NCBI RefSeq assembly: GCF_934504345.1
Contig: NZ_CAKSVR010000006.1
DNA: 64,000 bases
DNA from: an uncultured Agathobaculum sp.
Lineage (GTDB): Bacteria > Bacillota > Clostridia > Oscillospirales > Butyricicoccaceae
Strand: one strand, 5' to 3'
Shown here: positions 32,581 through 42,148 of the stretch, in pieces
How positions within the stretch are numbered: position 1 is the first letter of the stretch
Layout of the letters: the number at the start of each line of letters is the position of its first letter
The notes under the pieces: generated by a model
Database searches by the model: none
What the model saw: only the letters and a program-made list of their open reading frames with translations
What the model was told of the DNA's origin: nothing
Made by a program: the position numbers and the translations under genes

Positions 32581-32805
32581 TCACTTATTCAGTGCGCCGA
32601 TCACGATATTCACGACCAGACAGACCGCCGCAGCGACGGCATAGATCGTGGCCTGCTGGCGGCAGGACTTGGCCTTAGGATCGTCCTGCTTGTTCTCGTA
32701 CTCACTGCGTCCGCAGATGCGGCCGTAGCGGATCTGCTGGAGAACGTTCAGCGCGGCGAACGCGGCGAACAGCAGCAGGAGCAGGCGCTGGATGGTCAGT
32801 ACCAT
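32581..32805 (-). CDS. Hypothetical small membrane protein (2 TM)
   Basis: 74 aa, directly downstream of secG (1-nt gap). Confidence 0.5.
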   Translation of the reverse strand: MVLTIQRLLLLLFAAFAALNVLQQIRYGRICGRSEYENKQDDPKAKSCRQQATIYAVAAAVCLVVNIVIGALNK

Positions 32806-32806
32806 A

Positions 32807-33043
32807 TTAGTGAACGAGGTTCAGGATGATGGCAGCGATGACGAAAACAACGCCGACGATCGAGGTCAGGCGGGCAAAGATGCGGTCGGATGCGCTGGCC
32901 TTGCCGGAGCCGTAGAAAGTATCGGCCGAGCCGGAAACAGCGCCCAGACCCTGCTGTGCACCGTGCTGGAGCAGAACAACAACGATCAGGAACAGGCTTG
33001 CAACGATCATCAGGACCGAAAGAGCGATTTGTGCGGTAGTCAT
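32807..33043 (-). CDS. secG: Preprotein translocase subunit SecG
   Basis: 78 aa, two TM spans with the G-rich loop QQGLGAVSGSADTFYG. Confidence 0.88.
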   Translation of the reverse strand: MTTAQIALSVLMIVASLFLIVVVLLQHGAQQGLGAVSGSADTFYGSGKASASDRIFARLTSIVGVVFVIAAIILNLVH

Positions 33044-33118
33044 AGGGTAAATTCCTCCACTGATTCAAATTTTCCGGGATCGCGCATGGATTGGATGCGC
33101 GCAATATGCGTACATGAT

Positions 33119-33147
33119 ACTATATCATATTAAATGCGGTTTTTCAA
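33119..33147 (-). promoter_or_regulatory. secG promoter TTGAAA-17-TATAGT
   Basis: Reverse complement of 33142-33147 and 33119-33124. Confidence 0.5.
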
Positions 33148-33181
33148 GAGGTATTCCGCAAATTGCGGGCGAAAATCTGCA

Positions 33182-33691
33182 TCAGAGAAGCGGCTGAACG
33201 ATATTTTTCAGCGCATCGCCCATGCGGTTGGTGTGTACCTTGTGTGTGCCGAGATCGATGACCGCCATGCGGACGGACGACCAGCCGTGCTTGCCGCCCT
33301 CGAATCGGCGTTCATCGGACAGCTTTTTGAGCTTTTTGAGCGCATTTCTGTCGATCTCACCGGCGGCGAGCAGCACGGAGATGAGCGAAAAGTCGTGTTC
33401 CTTGTCCGGCTGCACCAGCTCGTCCGCGACCTTGCAGGCGTACTGCCACCAGTCCGCGAGCGCGGCTTCATCGAGCGAGGGCACGGCGAACAGCAGACGG
33501 TACTCGTGCGCGTGTCCCGAGCCGCCGGTCGGCATCAGGCCGAGGATCTTGCGCGTGCTGCGGGATTCGTAGGTACTCAGCAGCGCGGCCATGCGGCCGG
33601 AAACCTCGGCATTCTGCTGCGAGCGGAAGTGCTTGTCCTGTCCGTTCATCAATGTGTCGCGCAGCGCGACAAATTCGGTAGAAAAGTCCAT
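33182..33691 (-). CDS. Hypothetical protein
   Basis: 169-aa ORF 16 nt downstream of the nucleotidyltransferase gene. No motif recognised. Confidence 0.55.
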   Translation of the reverse strand: MDFSTEFVALRDTLMNGQDKHFRSQQNAEVSGRMAALLSTYESRSTRKILGLMPTGGSGHAHEYRLLFAVPSLDEAALADWWQYACKVADELVQPDKEHDFSLISVLLAAGEIDRNALKKLKKLSDERRFEGGKHGWSSVRMAVIDLGTHKVHTNRMGDALKNIVQPLL

Positions 33692-33707
33692 GAAACTGCC
33701 TCGATTC

Positions 33708-34628
33708 TTACAGATCGGCAGGATAATCGCCGTTTTTCGTCATGGCGGCGACTGCGGCGCAGATGGTCGGCTTGTCCTCGCGGTAGGTCACGCCGTACCA
33801 GCGGGAGTCGGTGGTGAGCACCTTTGCGGTGGCCTTGCCGTCCTTGATGAGCGCATCGACCGCAAACGGGAGATAATACTCGGCCTTCATCGGGTTTTCG
33901 GGCAGCTTGTTCGCGAAGAACGCGCGCAGGCCGTCATCCAGCGAGGGCAGGAACGACGGCGTGAAGCCCCAGAGATTGAGCGACACCGGCGTGCCGGGTG
34001 CGATCTCACCGGCGGGTGCATCGCCGTCTGCATCGTAGCGGATGATGCCGTCCGCATCGCGGTGGATGGAGGTGCGCTCGATGATGTGCGCGAGCAGGCC
34101 GTGCTCGTCCGCCGTACACACGCCGCGGGACACGGTGCCGTTCTCGGTGAGCGTGTTCTCGACCTGATAGCCCACCATGCAGTAGCGGAACTTGTCGTCA
34201 TCCTGCGCGGAGGCGAGGTAATCGTACATCTTGCGGAACGCATCCGCGCCGTAGAAGTCGTCCGCATTGATAACGGCAATGGGACAGCCGGCGGTCAGCT
34301 CCTTGGCGCACCAGACGGCGTGTGCGGTGCCGAGCGGCTTCTCGCGGCCCTCGGGTGCGGTCAGGCCGTCCGGCAGATTGTCGAGGGTCTGGTAGGCATA
34401 GTCCACCTGCATGAAGCGGCGGGCCTTTTTGCCGATGGCCTCCTCGAACGCCTCGTGCAGCTCGGGACGGATGATGAATACTACCCGTTCAAAGCCTGCG
34501 CGGTGTGCATCGTAGATGGAATAATCGAGCAGGATCTGTCCGTCCGGGCCGATAGGATCGATCTGCTTGAGTCCGCCGTAGCGCGAGCCCATGCCCGCTG
34601 CCATGATAACCAAAACCGGGTTTGCCAT
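33708..34628 (-). CDS. Sugar-phosphate nucleotidyltransferase family protein
   Basis: N-terminal LVIMAAGMGSRYGGLKQ (GxGxR NTP_transferase signature). Confidence 0.8.
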   Translation of the reverse strand: MANPVLVIMAAGMGSRYGGLKQIDPIGPDGQILLDYSIYDAHRAGFERVVFIIRPELHEAFEEAIGKKARRFMQVDYAYQTLDNLPDGLTAPEGREKPLGTAHAVWCAKELTAGCPIAVINADDFYGADAFRKMYDYLASAQDDDKFRYCMVGYQVENTLTENGTVSRGVCTADEHGLLAHIIERTSIHRDADGIIRYDADGDAPAGEIAPGTPVSLNLWGFTPSFLPSLDDGLRAFFANKLPENPMKAEYYLPFAVDALIKDGKATAKVLTTDSRWYGVTYREDKPTICAAVAAMTKNGDYPADL

Positions 34629-34999
34629 TGCTGTATGTCCTCCTAAAGAGCGCCGCGCCGAAAAGCGGCGCCGGTATGCTTTGCCGCAGCCTTGCGCGGC
34701 GTTTTTTGTATGTTTTGTGCATTCGTAAACGGGAATACTTCTTTATTATACAAGAGCGCGGCATAAAACACAAGATGTTTGCGGTACGGCTGGGCTTTTT
34801 TGTAGAAAAACATGAAAATCCGAACGGTGTCCGGGTGGTGATTGCAAAATGACGGGAAAACTGCTAAAATAGGTCTGATATAGTGTAGGCAGTTCTGTGC
34901 GATTATACAACGGTCGGCAGCACTGCGGCAAGAGATTTTCAGAGATCATACACGAGGAAGCTTTGATAAACAATTTGTAATAGAGAGGAATATGTTTCG

Positions 35000-36454
35000 A
35001 TGCGTAAAACGAAGATTATCTGCACGCTTGGCCCTGCAACCGATGCTGTACTGACCGATATGATCAAGGCAGGCATGAACGTTGCCCGTATGAACTTCAG
35101 CCACGGCTCTCACGAGGAGCACAAGGCCCGCATGGATGCGGTAAAGGCAGCCCGCAAGGAGCTGGGTATGCCGGTCGGCATCATGCTGGACACCAAGGGC
35201 CCCGAGATCCGCACCAAGACCTACAAGGAAGGCAAGATCGAGATCGTTGAGGGTCAGGAGTTCACCCTGACCACCCGCGACATCGAGGGCGACAACACCA
35301 TCGTTTCCATCACCTACGAAGGCCTGCCGAACGACGTTCAGCCGGGCACCCGCATCCTGATCGACGACGGTCTGGTCGCATTCGAGGTCAAGGAGATCAA
35401 GGACGGCACCGACATCGTGTGCAAGGCGCTCAACGGCGGCCCGCTCTCCAACCGCAAGTCCATCAACGTACCGGGCATCAAGCTGAATATGCAGTTCGTT
35501 TCCCAGAAGGACCGCGAGGACATCGAGTTCGGTCTTTCGCAGGACATCGACTTCATCGCCGCTTCCTTTACCCGCTCCGCACAGGACGTTCGCGACATCA
35601 AGGCCATCCTCAAGGCAAACGGCAAGGAAGATGTTGAGATCATCTGCAAGATCGAGAACATGGAAGGCGTAAACAACGTTCAGGAGATCCTGGACGAGGC
35701 AAACGGCATCATGGTAGCCCGCGGCGACCTCGGTGTTGAGGTTCCGTTCGAGGAGCTGCCGGAGATCCAGAAGTCCATCATCAAGACCTGCATCTCCCGC
35801 GGCAAGCGCGTTGTCACCGCTACCCAGATGCTCGAGTCCATGGCAAAGAACCCGCGCCCGACCCGTGCCGAGGTTTCCGACGTTGCAAACGCTGTTTATG
35901 ACGGCACCTCTGCTATCATGCTGTCCGGCGAAACCTCTGTCGGCAAGTATCCGGTAGAAACCGTCCGCACCATGAGCCGCATCGCGGAGAACGCAGAAAA
36001 GACCATCCACTATGACCGCCGCCGCGTGACCCGCCTCGAGTTCCAGAACATGAACGTTGACGGCGACATGAAGACCCTCGCGATCGCACACGCTACCTGC
36101 TCCACCTCCGCTGATCTGGGCGTTAAGAGCATCGTTGCGTTCACCGAGTCCGGCTCCACCGCGCGTGCCGTTTCCACCTACCGTCCGGGCGCACCGATCA
36201 TCGCGGCTACCCCGAGCGAAAAGACCTTCAACCGCCTGACCATGTCCTGGGGCGTTAAGCCGATGCTGGTCGCAAAGCATCCGGAGTCCGGCACCGAGCT
36301 GTACCATCTGTCCGAGAAGGCTGCTGTTTCTGCTATGGATCTGCACGTTGGCGACATCATCACCATCACCGCCGGTATGCCGGTAGGCGAGGTCTACTAC
36401 ACCAACACCCTGCGCGTACACGAGCTGACTGAGAAGTCGTTCGCACAGGACTAA
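35000..36454 (+). CDS. pyk: Pyruvate kinase
   Basis: MRKTKIICTLGPA..., MVARGDLGVE motif. Confidence 0.97.
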   Translation: MRKTKIICTLGPATDAVLTDMIKAGMNVARMNFSHGSHEEHKARMDAVKAARKELGMPVGIMLDTKGPEIRTKTYKEGKIEIVEGQEFTLTTRDIEGDNTIVSITYEGLPNDVQPGTRILIDDGLVAFEVKEIKDGTDIVCKALNGGPLSNRKSINVPGIKLNMQFVSQKDREDIEFGLSQDIDFIAASFTRSAQDVRDIKAILKANGKEDVEIICKIENMEGVNNVQEILDEANGIMVARGDLGVEVPFEELPEIQKSIIKTCISRGKRVVTATQMLESMAKNPRPTRAEVSDVANAVYDGTSAIMLSGETSVGKYPVETVRTMSRIAENAEKTIHYDRRRVTRLEFQNMNVDGDMKTLAIAHATCSTSADLGVKSIVAFTESGSTARAVSTYRPGAPIIAATPSEKTFNRLTMSWGVKPMLVAKHPESGTELYHLSEKAAVSAMDLHVGDIITITAGMPVGEVYYTNTLRVHELTEKSFAQD

Positions 36455-36458
36455 GGCA

Positions 36459-37637
36459 ATGTCTTTCAAACGCCTGCAGCGTGCGCTTTTCCGCACGATG
36501 GCGCTCGTTGTAGCGCTGGCGGTGCTGTTCTGCATCGGCCTGTACGGCTACCGCACGATTTTCGGCTACACCTATGACTCGTCGCTCTCCGACGATGACC
36601 TGGCAGCCAGCGTTACGCCGGACGAAAATATCACCAATATCGCGCTGTTCGGTCTGGACACCCGCAAGGGTGACAAGCAGAGCCATTCGGACTGCATGAT
36701 GATCGTCACCATCGACAACACGCGCGGCAAGATCAAGCTGACCAGCCTGATGCGCGACTCGCTGGTGGAGATCGACGGTTACGGCGAGGACAAGCTGAAC
36801 GCGGCGTACTTCCGCGGCGGCCCGAGCCTTGCCATCCGCACCATCAACGAGAACTTCGGCACGGACATCAAGGACTACGTTGCCGTGGATTTTGAGCAGC
36901 TGGTCGAGATCATCGATGCGCTCGGCGGCGTGGAGATCAACGTGCAGAACGACAACGAGCTGACCGAGCTCAACCGTGTCATCAAGGATTACGGCACGGA
37001 ACAGAACAAAACGTTCTCCGGCGTGGAGAGCACCGGCCTGCAAACGCTGGACGGCGTGCAGGCGCTGTGCTATGGCCGTATCCGCAAGGGCAACACCGGC
37101 GATGACTGGGCGCGCGTGGAGCGGCAGGGCGTGGTGCTGAACGCCATTTTCACCAAGCTGCAAAACCTCGGCGCAAGCGAGCTCATCGGCACGATGCGTA
37201 AGCTGATCCCGTATGCGACGACCTCGCTCTCTCCGACCGAGATCGCACCGCTCATCGTCGGCGCGGTGAAGAACGGCGTGCCGACACTGGAGCACACCCG
37301 CGTGCCGCTGGACGGCGAGTGGACGTATTCCGGCGCTTCGAGCGAGTTTATCACCTATGATCTGGATGTTGCGGCGGATCACATCCACGCATACATCTAC
37401 GACGATGCCGACATCAGCAGCGGCACGACCGATGACAATACCACGGCGCAGCCGTCGGATGACAACTCCGGCAACACCGCGCAGACCGGCCCGGACTCGG
37501 ACAAGAGCACCGAGGCGGTCGATCCCGAATCCTTTGTGGAGGAGGGCGGCTGGTACGATGCCGACACCGGCGACTATTATGACTGCGACGGCGACAGATA
37601 TTCTCTGGACGAAAACGGTAATAAGGTGTATTATTAA
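36459..37637 (+). CDS. LCP (LytR-CpsA-Psr) family protein with low-complexity D/T/S-rich C-terminus
   Basis: N-terminal TM; NIALFGLDTR...SDCMMIVTID...RDSLVEIDGYGEDKLNAAY LCP core. Confidence 0.88.
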   Translation: MSFKRLQRALFRTMALVVALAVLFCIGLYGYRTIFGYTYDSSLSDDDLAASVTPDENITNIALFGLDTRKGDKQSHSDCMMIVTIDNTRGKIKLTSLMRDSLVEIDGYGEDKLNAAYFRGGPSLAIRTINENFGTDIKDYVAVDFEQLVEIIDALGGVEINVQNDNELTELNRVIKDYGTEQNKTFSGVESTGLQTLDGVQALCYGRIRKGNTGDDWARVERQGVVLNAIFTKLQNLGASELIGTMRKLIPYATTSLSPTEIAPLIVGAVKNGVPTLEHTRVPLDGEWTYSGASSEFITYDLDVAADHIHAYIYDDADISSGTTDDNTTAQPSDDNSGNTAQTGPDSDKSTEAVDPESFVEEGGWYDADTGDYYDCDGDRYSLDENGNKVYY

Positions 37638-37758
37638 CGTGTGATCGTTAGTTGAACGAAACAGGGGACATGACGAGATCATGTCCCCTGTTTTTATACA
37701 GCAGCTATGAGAAATAGAGAGAAAGAGTAATCAAATAAACAGAAAGCAGGAAAAGTTT

Positions 37759-39006
37759 ATGTATGTAAAGCGTGTTCTCCCGAACGGTGTGCGCCTTATC
37801 ACCGAGCGCATCAATAATATGCGTACGGTGTCGGTCGGTATCTGGGTCGGCAACGGCAGCCGCTACGAGCCCGCCGAGCTCGGCGGCGTTTCGCATTTCA
37901 TTGAGCATATGATCTTCAAGGGCACGGAAAAACGCTCTGCCCGCCACATTGCGATCGCGATCGATGCGCTGGGCGGGCAGGCGAATGCATTCACGGATAA
38001 GGAATGCACCTGTTACTATATGAAAGTGCTGGACAGCCGCCTGAAGAACGCCGTCGCGCTGCTGGCGGATATGTTCCTGCACTCGCGCTTTGCACAGGAG
38101 GATCTGGAGCTCGAGCGCGGCGTTGTGCTCGAGGAGATCGATATGTACGAGGACTCCCCGGAGGACGTAGCAGTGGACAAGCTGTTCGAGAGCTGCTACG
38201 ACGGCTGTTCGCTCGGCCGTCCCATCCTCGGCACGGAGGAAACGCTCGACCCGATGACCTCGGAAACCCTGCACAAGTATATGCGCGAGTATTACCGTCC
38301 GGAGGACACCGTTGTCGCGATCTCCGGTCACTTTACCGATGAGGATCTGGATTACATCGCCGAGCTGTTCATGGAGATGCAGGGCACGGGCCGCAATGTC
38401 ATCACGCCGGCCACCTACAAGCCCAGTCTCGTGCTGCGCGGCAAGGAGATCGAGCAGAACCACCTGTGCCTGTCGTTCCCGGGCGTGTCGCTCGTCAGCG
38501 AGGATCGTTTCGCGATGAACCTGCTCAGCTCCATCCTCGGCGGCGGTATGTCGTCCCGCCTGTTCCAGAGCGTGCGCGAGCAGAACGGCCTGTGCTACTC
38601 CATCTACACGTTCACCACGCCGCATCTGGATACCGGCCTGCTGTCCATCTACACCGGTCTGGGACAGGAAACCGAGCGAAAGGCGCTCGATCTCATCCTG
38701 CGTGAGCTGGACGAGTTCTGCCAGAACGGCCCGGCGCCGGATGAACTGTCGCGCTGCCGTGAGCAGGTCAAGACAACGCTGCTCATGGGTCTGGAGAACA
38801 CCGGCAACCGCATGATGACCATCGGCCGCAGCGAGCTGCTGCGCGGCGAGGTATCCAAGATCGAGGAAGTGCTCGATTCCTACGACAGCGTGACCGCAGA
38901 CGATATTCTGAATCTGGCCCGCCGCGTGTTCGACCGCAGCAAAATGTCGCTGTCGGTGGTCGGTGAGCCGGACAGCGAGGACACCTACCGCGCACTCATG
39001 CGCTGA
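37759..39006 (+). CDS. M16 family zinc peptidase (HFIEH motif)
   Basis: GVSHFIEHMIFKGT. The third M16 gene in the window. Confidence 0.9.
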   Translation: MYVKRVLPNGVRLITERINNMRTVSVGIWVGNGSRYEPAELGGVSHFIEHMIFKGTEKRSARHIAIAIDALGGQANAFTDKECTCYYMKVLDSRLKNAVALLADMFLHSRFAQEDLELERGVVLEEIDMYEDSPEDVAVDKLFESCYDGCSLGRPILGTEETLDPMTSETLHKYMREYYRPEDTVVAISGHFTDEDLDYIAELFMEMQGTGRNVITPATYKPSLVLRGKEIEQNHLCLSFPGVSLVSEDRFAMNLLSSILGGGMSSRLFQSVREQNGLCYSIYTFTTPHLDTGLLSIYTGLGQETERKALDLILRELDEFCQNGPAPDELSRCREQVKTTLLMGLENTGNRMMTIGRSELLRGEVSKIEEVLDSYDSVTADDILNLARRVFDRSKMSLSVVGEPDSEDTYRALMR

Positions 39007-39007
39007 G

Positions 39008-39403
39008 CTACTGCTTTACCTGCTCACACAGATAGGTGATGACATCCCGGCGGGTGACGATGCCGCAGAACATCCCGCGGCCATCGACCACGGGCACAAA
39101 GTTCTGCTCGGTGACGCGCTCGACCATGTCCTCGAGTTTAGCATCGATGCTGACCGAACGGTGGTGTACGCGCAGCTCGACCTGACCGACGGTGAGCTGT
39201 TCGAGCTTCTCTCTGGGATAGTGCAGCACAAGGCGCAGGAAATCACCCTCGGTGATCGTGCCGACGTACGTTCCCTTGGCATTTACCACCGGAATGGCCG
39301 TAAAGCCGCTGCGAAGCATATCCTGCATGGCCTGCTGCACCGGGCAGCTCTCTGTTAAGTAGGAAACCTCGACCTTTGGCTTGAGGAAAAAGAAAATATT
39401 CAT
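39008..39403 (-). CDS. CBS domain pair protein
   Basis: 131 aa with two CBS-like repeats (AIPVVN..., FVPVVDGRGMFCGIVTRRD). Confidence 0.8.
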   Translation of the reverse strand: MNIFFFLKPKVEVSYLTESCPVQQAMQDMLRSGFTAIPVVNAKGTYVGTITEGDFLRLVLHYPREKLEQLTVGQVELRVHHRSVSIDAKLEDMVERVTEQNFVPVVDGRGMFCGIVTRRDVITYLCEQVKQ

Positions 39404-39691
39404 TTGATCCGCTCCTTTAAGACAGCACCACGAGGAACCCCTCCGTCGGTGCTGCTTTTGTTATCCTTATTGTACGATGGAAAAGAGAAAGGGTCAACCG
39501 ATATTTGACATTCCTTACAGATTGTTAACAAATCAAAACGCGGTTATTGTAAAAAATGACGGAAGATAAATTATCACAATAAGAAAATACGGGCATTTAC
39601 TTGACTTATACTCTTTTCACTGCTAAAATGTTGAAGTAACAGAACGGAAAGGTTCCGTTTGATGCAAACTTTGAACAAAGAAGGGTTTTCC

Positions 39692-40705
39692 ATGAAGAAG
39701 AGATTACTTGCAGCGCTGATGGCCGGCGCCATGGCACTCACGATGACTGCCTGCGGCGGCAGCAGCTCGAGCACGGACAGCAGCACCGATTCCACCGGTG
39801 ATTCCACCGGCGCAGCGGGCAGCTACAAGGTAGGCATCGTTCAGCTGGTTCAGCACGAGGCACTGGATGCGGCTACGCAGGGCTTTCAGGATAAGCTGAA
39901 GGAGCTGGTTGAGGCAGACGGCGGCGAGGTCAAGTTTGACCCGCAGAACGCCTCCGGTGAGTCTGCAAACTGCACCACCATCGTAAACGGCTTTGTTTCC
40001 GCGGGTGTGGACCTCATTATGGCGAACGCTACCGCGGCTCTGCAGGCTGCACAGGCCGGCACTGCTGATATTCCGATCCTCGGCACCTCTGTAACCGACT
40101 ACGGCACTGCACTGGGCGTTTCCGACTGGACCGGCAAGACCGGCACCAACATCTCCGGCACCACCGACCTTGCACCGCTCGACGGTCAGGCTGATATGCT
40201 CAAGGAGCTGTTCCCGGATGCGAAGAACGTTGGCCTGCTGTACTGCTCGGCCGAGCCGAACTCTAAGTACCAGATCGACACCATCAAGCCGCTGCTCGAG
40301 AAGCTGGGCTACACCTGCACCGAGTTCGCTTTCACCGACTCCAACGACGTTGCTTCCGTAGCACAGAGCGCTGCGGCTGCAAGCGACGTTATGTACATCC
40401 CGACCGATAACACCGCTGCTTCCTGCACCGAGGCGATCGCAAACGTTGTTATCCCGGCCAAGGTTCCGGTAATCGCAGGCGAGCAGGGCATCTGCAACGG
40501 CTGCGGCGTGGCTACCCTGTCCATCGACTACTACGAGCTGGGCGAGAAGACCGGCGAGATGGCGTATGACATCCTCGTAAACGGCGCAAACCCGGGCGAC
40601 ATGGAAGTACAGGCCGCACCGAACTTCACCAAGATGTACAACGCTGCAAACTGTGAAGCGCTGGGCATCACCGTTCCGGACGATTACACCGCTATCGAGG
40701 GCTAA
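39692..40705 (+). CDS. ABC transporter substrate-binding lipoprotein (PBP1/ABC_sub_bind type), no adjacent permease/ATPase
   Basis: Lipobox LTMTAC, S-rich linker, YKVGIVQLVQHEALD... core. Confidence 0.8.
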   Translation: MKKRLLAALMAGAMALTMTACGGSSSSTDSSTDSTGDSTGAAGSYKVGIVQLVQHEALDAATQGFQDKLKELVEADGGEVKFDPQNASGESANCTTIVNGFVSAGVDLIMANATAALQAAQAGTADIPILGTSVTDYGTALGVSDWTGKTGTNISGTTDLAPLDGQADMLKELFPDAKNVGLLYCSAEPNSKYQIDTIKPLLEKLGYTCTEFAFTDSNDVASVAQSAAAASDVMYIPTDNTAASCTEAIANVVIPAKVPVIAGEQGICNGCGVATLSIDYYELGEKTGEMAYDILVNGANPGDMEVQAAPNFTKMYNAANCEALGITVPDDYTAIEG

Positions 40706-40719
40706 GACCTGAAACCAAA

Positions 40720-40750
40720 ACACCGTGCATACTGCACGGTGTTTTTCTTT
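40720..40750 (+). terminator. Intrinsic terminator
   Basis: ACACCGTGCA-TAC-TGCACGGTGT followed by TTTTCTTTT. Confidence 0.85.
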
Positions 40751-40936
40751 TGGAATGGAGCAGGAAAGGCTTTTTTGTGCACGAGCAGGCCGAAAAATAC
40801 GGCAAGATTACGTCAAATTGCCGAAAAAACGGGAAAACAGCAAAACAAACTTACATTTTCACGAAAAATGTGCTATAATTGTGATAGAAAAGTGGATATA
40901 CGGAAAAATCGGAACGCGATGTGAGGAGGCATCTTG

Positions 40937-41434
40937 ATGTATCAGGCAGGAGAGTTCATTGTGTACGGAACCAGCAATGTATGCCGGGTGGAATCGATCG
41001 GAAAGCCGCCGTTTGAGGATGAAGAGGGAAAGGACTACTACACGCTGGTGCCCGTAACAGGCGCGGAGACCATCTATGTCCCGACCGACTCGCCGGTGTT
41101 CATGCGCCCGGTCATCTCGAGAGAAAAGGCGGAGGAGCTTATCGACTCCATTCCGAACATCGAGGAGGATACCTTCACCTGTCACAGCGTCCGCATGGCG
41201 AACGAGCACTATCAGGAAACGCTGAAAACGCACGACTGCGAGGCGCTCGTGCAGCTCATCAAGACCGTGTACGCTAAGGCGCGCCGTCACGGCCGCCGTG
41301 TCAGTCAGGTCGATCAGCGCTACCGCAAGCGTGCCGAGGAGCTGCTGCACAGCGAGCTTTCCGTGGCGCTCGGCATTCCGGTCAAGGAAGTGCCGGGATA
41401 CATCAGCGAGAGAATCGGCAAAGCGAAGAAATGA
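40937..41434 (+). CDS. CarD/CdnL-like (CarD_CdnL_TRCF domain) transcription factor
   Basis: YQAGEFIVYGTSNVCRVESIG... Tudor-like N-domain. GAGGAGG RBS. Confidence 0.8.
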   Translation: MYQAGEFIVYGTSNVCRVESIGKPPFEDEEGKDYYTLVPVTGAETIYVPTDSPVFMRPVISREKAEELIDSIPNIEEDTFTCHSVRMANEHYQETLKTHDCEALVQLIKTVYAKARRHGRRVSQVDQRYRKRAEELLHSELSVALGIPVKEVPGYISERIGKAKK

Positions 41435-41438
41435 TAAA

Positions 41439-41463
41439 AGAGAGGCGAAAGCCTCTCTTTTTT
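41439..41463 (+). terminator. Intrinsic terminator
   Basis: AGAGAGGC-GAAA-GCCTCTCT followed by TTTTT. Confidence 0.85.
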
Positions 41464-41469
41464 GCGTTT

Positions 41470-42147
41470 TCGGCAGCAGCCCGTTTCCCGGCAGTCGTTC
41501 TCCGGTGCATACGAGGCGCGTGAGCGCTGCGCCGCAGCCGGGCAGCAGCCCTTTCCTCGGCAGCCGTTCTCTGGTGCATACGAGTCGCGTAAGCGATACG
41601 CCGTTGCCGGGCGGGGGATTTCGCGCTCTGCGGAGCGCGGGAACGGTTTCCAAAAGGATAGACACCCCCTACGGTGGTTTCTATCCTCTTGGGACTCCAT
41701 CTTCCGCCCTTTTGGGATACCTCGGAGCGACGGAACGCAAGCGTTCCTACTTAGAGGTGGGACCGAAAAAAGGAACGGCAGTACCGTTACCAGCTCGTAG
41801 GCCGCAAAGCGCCATTCCTTTCACAGCTGCGCTCAAGCCGTTAACGGTCTGCGACAGTATTTACGCAAAACCCGTGCAATCTGCCGCGATAACGCCGCGA
41901 CAGCGCGGAAAACGTGAGCCGATACCGTTCCTTTATGCGAGTTACTTATGAAGTAGGGCCGCAGGCCCGTTCGCGAGGTTGCTGAGGGAAAGATAGGAGT
42001 TCAAAGAGGAAAGGAAACCGTAGGTGTCCTTTCCTTTTTGCGCTCGCGCCGCGTAGGCGCGCCCGTTCCCGCGCTCCGCAGAGCGCGAAACTCCCCAGCC
42101 CGGAAACGGCGTATTGCTTCGCAACTCGTGTGCACCGGAGAACGGCA
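41470..42147 (+). repeat. Repeat family A, copy A4 (678 bp; two 66-nt units on the left arm, one on the right)
   Basis: Aligns with A1 along its full length. Ends 2 nt from the ppk1 stop codon. Confidence 0.85.
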
Positions 42148-42148
42148 G

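Noticed and set aside
34650-34707. Two plus-strand hairpins (GCGCCGC..GCGGCGC, and GCCGC..GCGGC followed by T6) resembling an sRNA or terminator in the NTase/pyk divergent region
   Set aside because: No upstream plus-strand promoter or gene could be identified. They may simply be 5' UTR structure of the minus-strand nucleotidyltransferase mRNA. Insufficient evidence.
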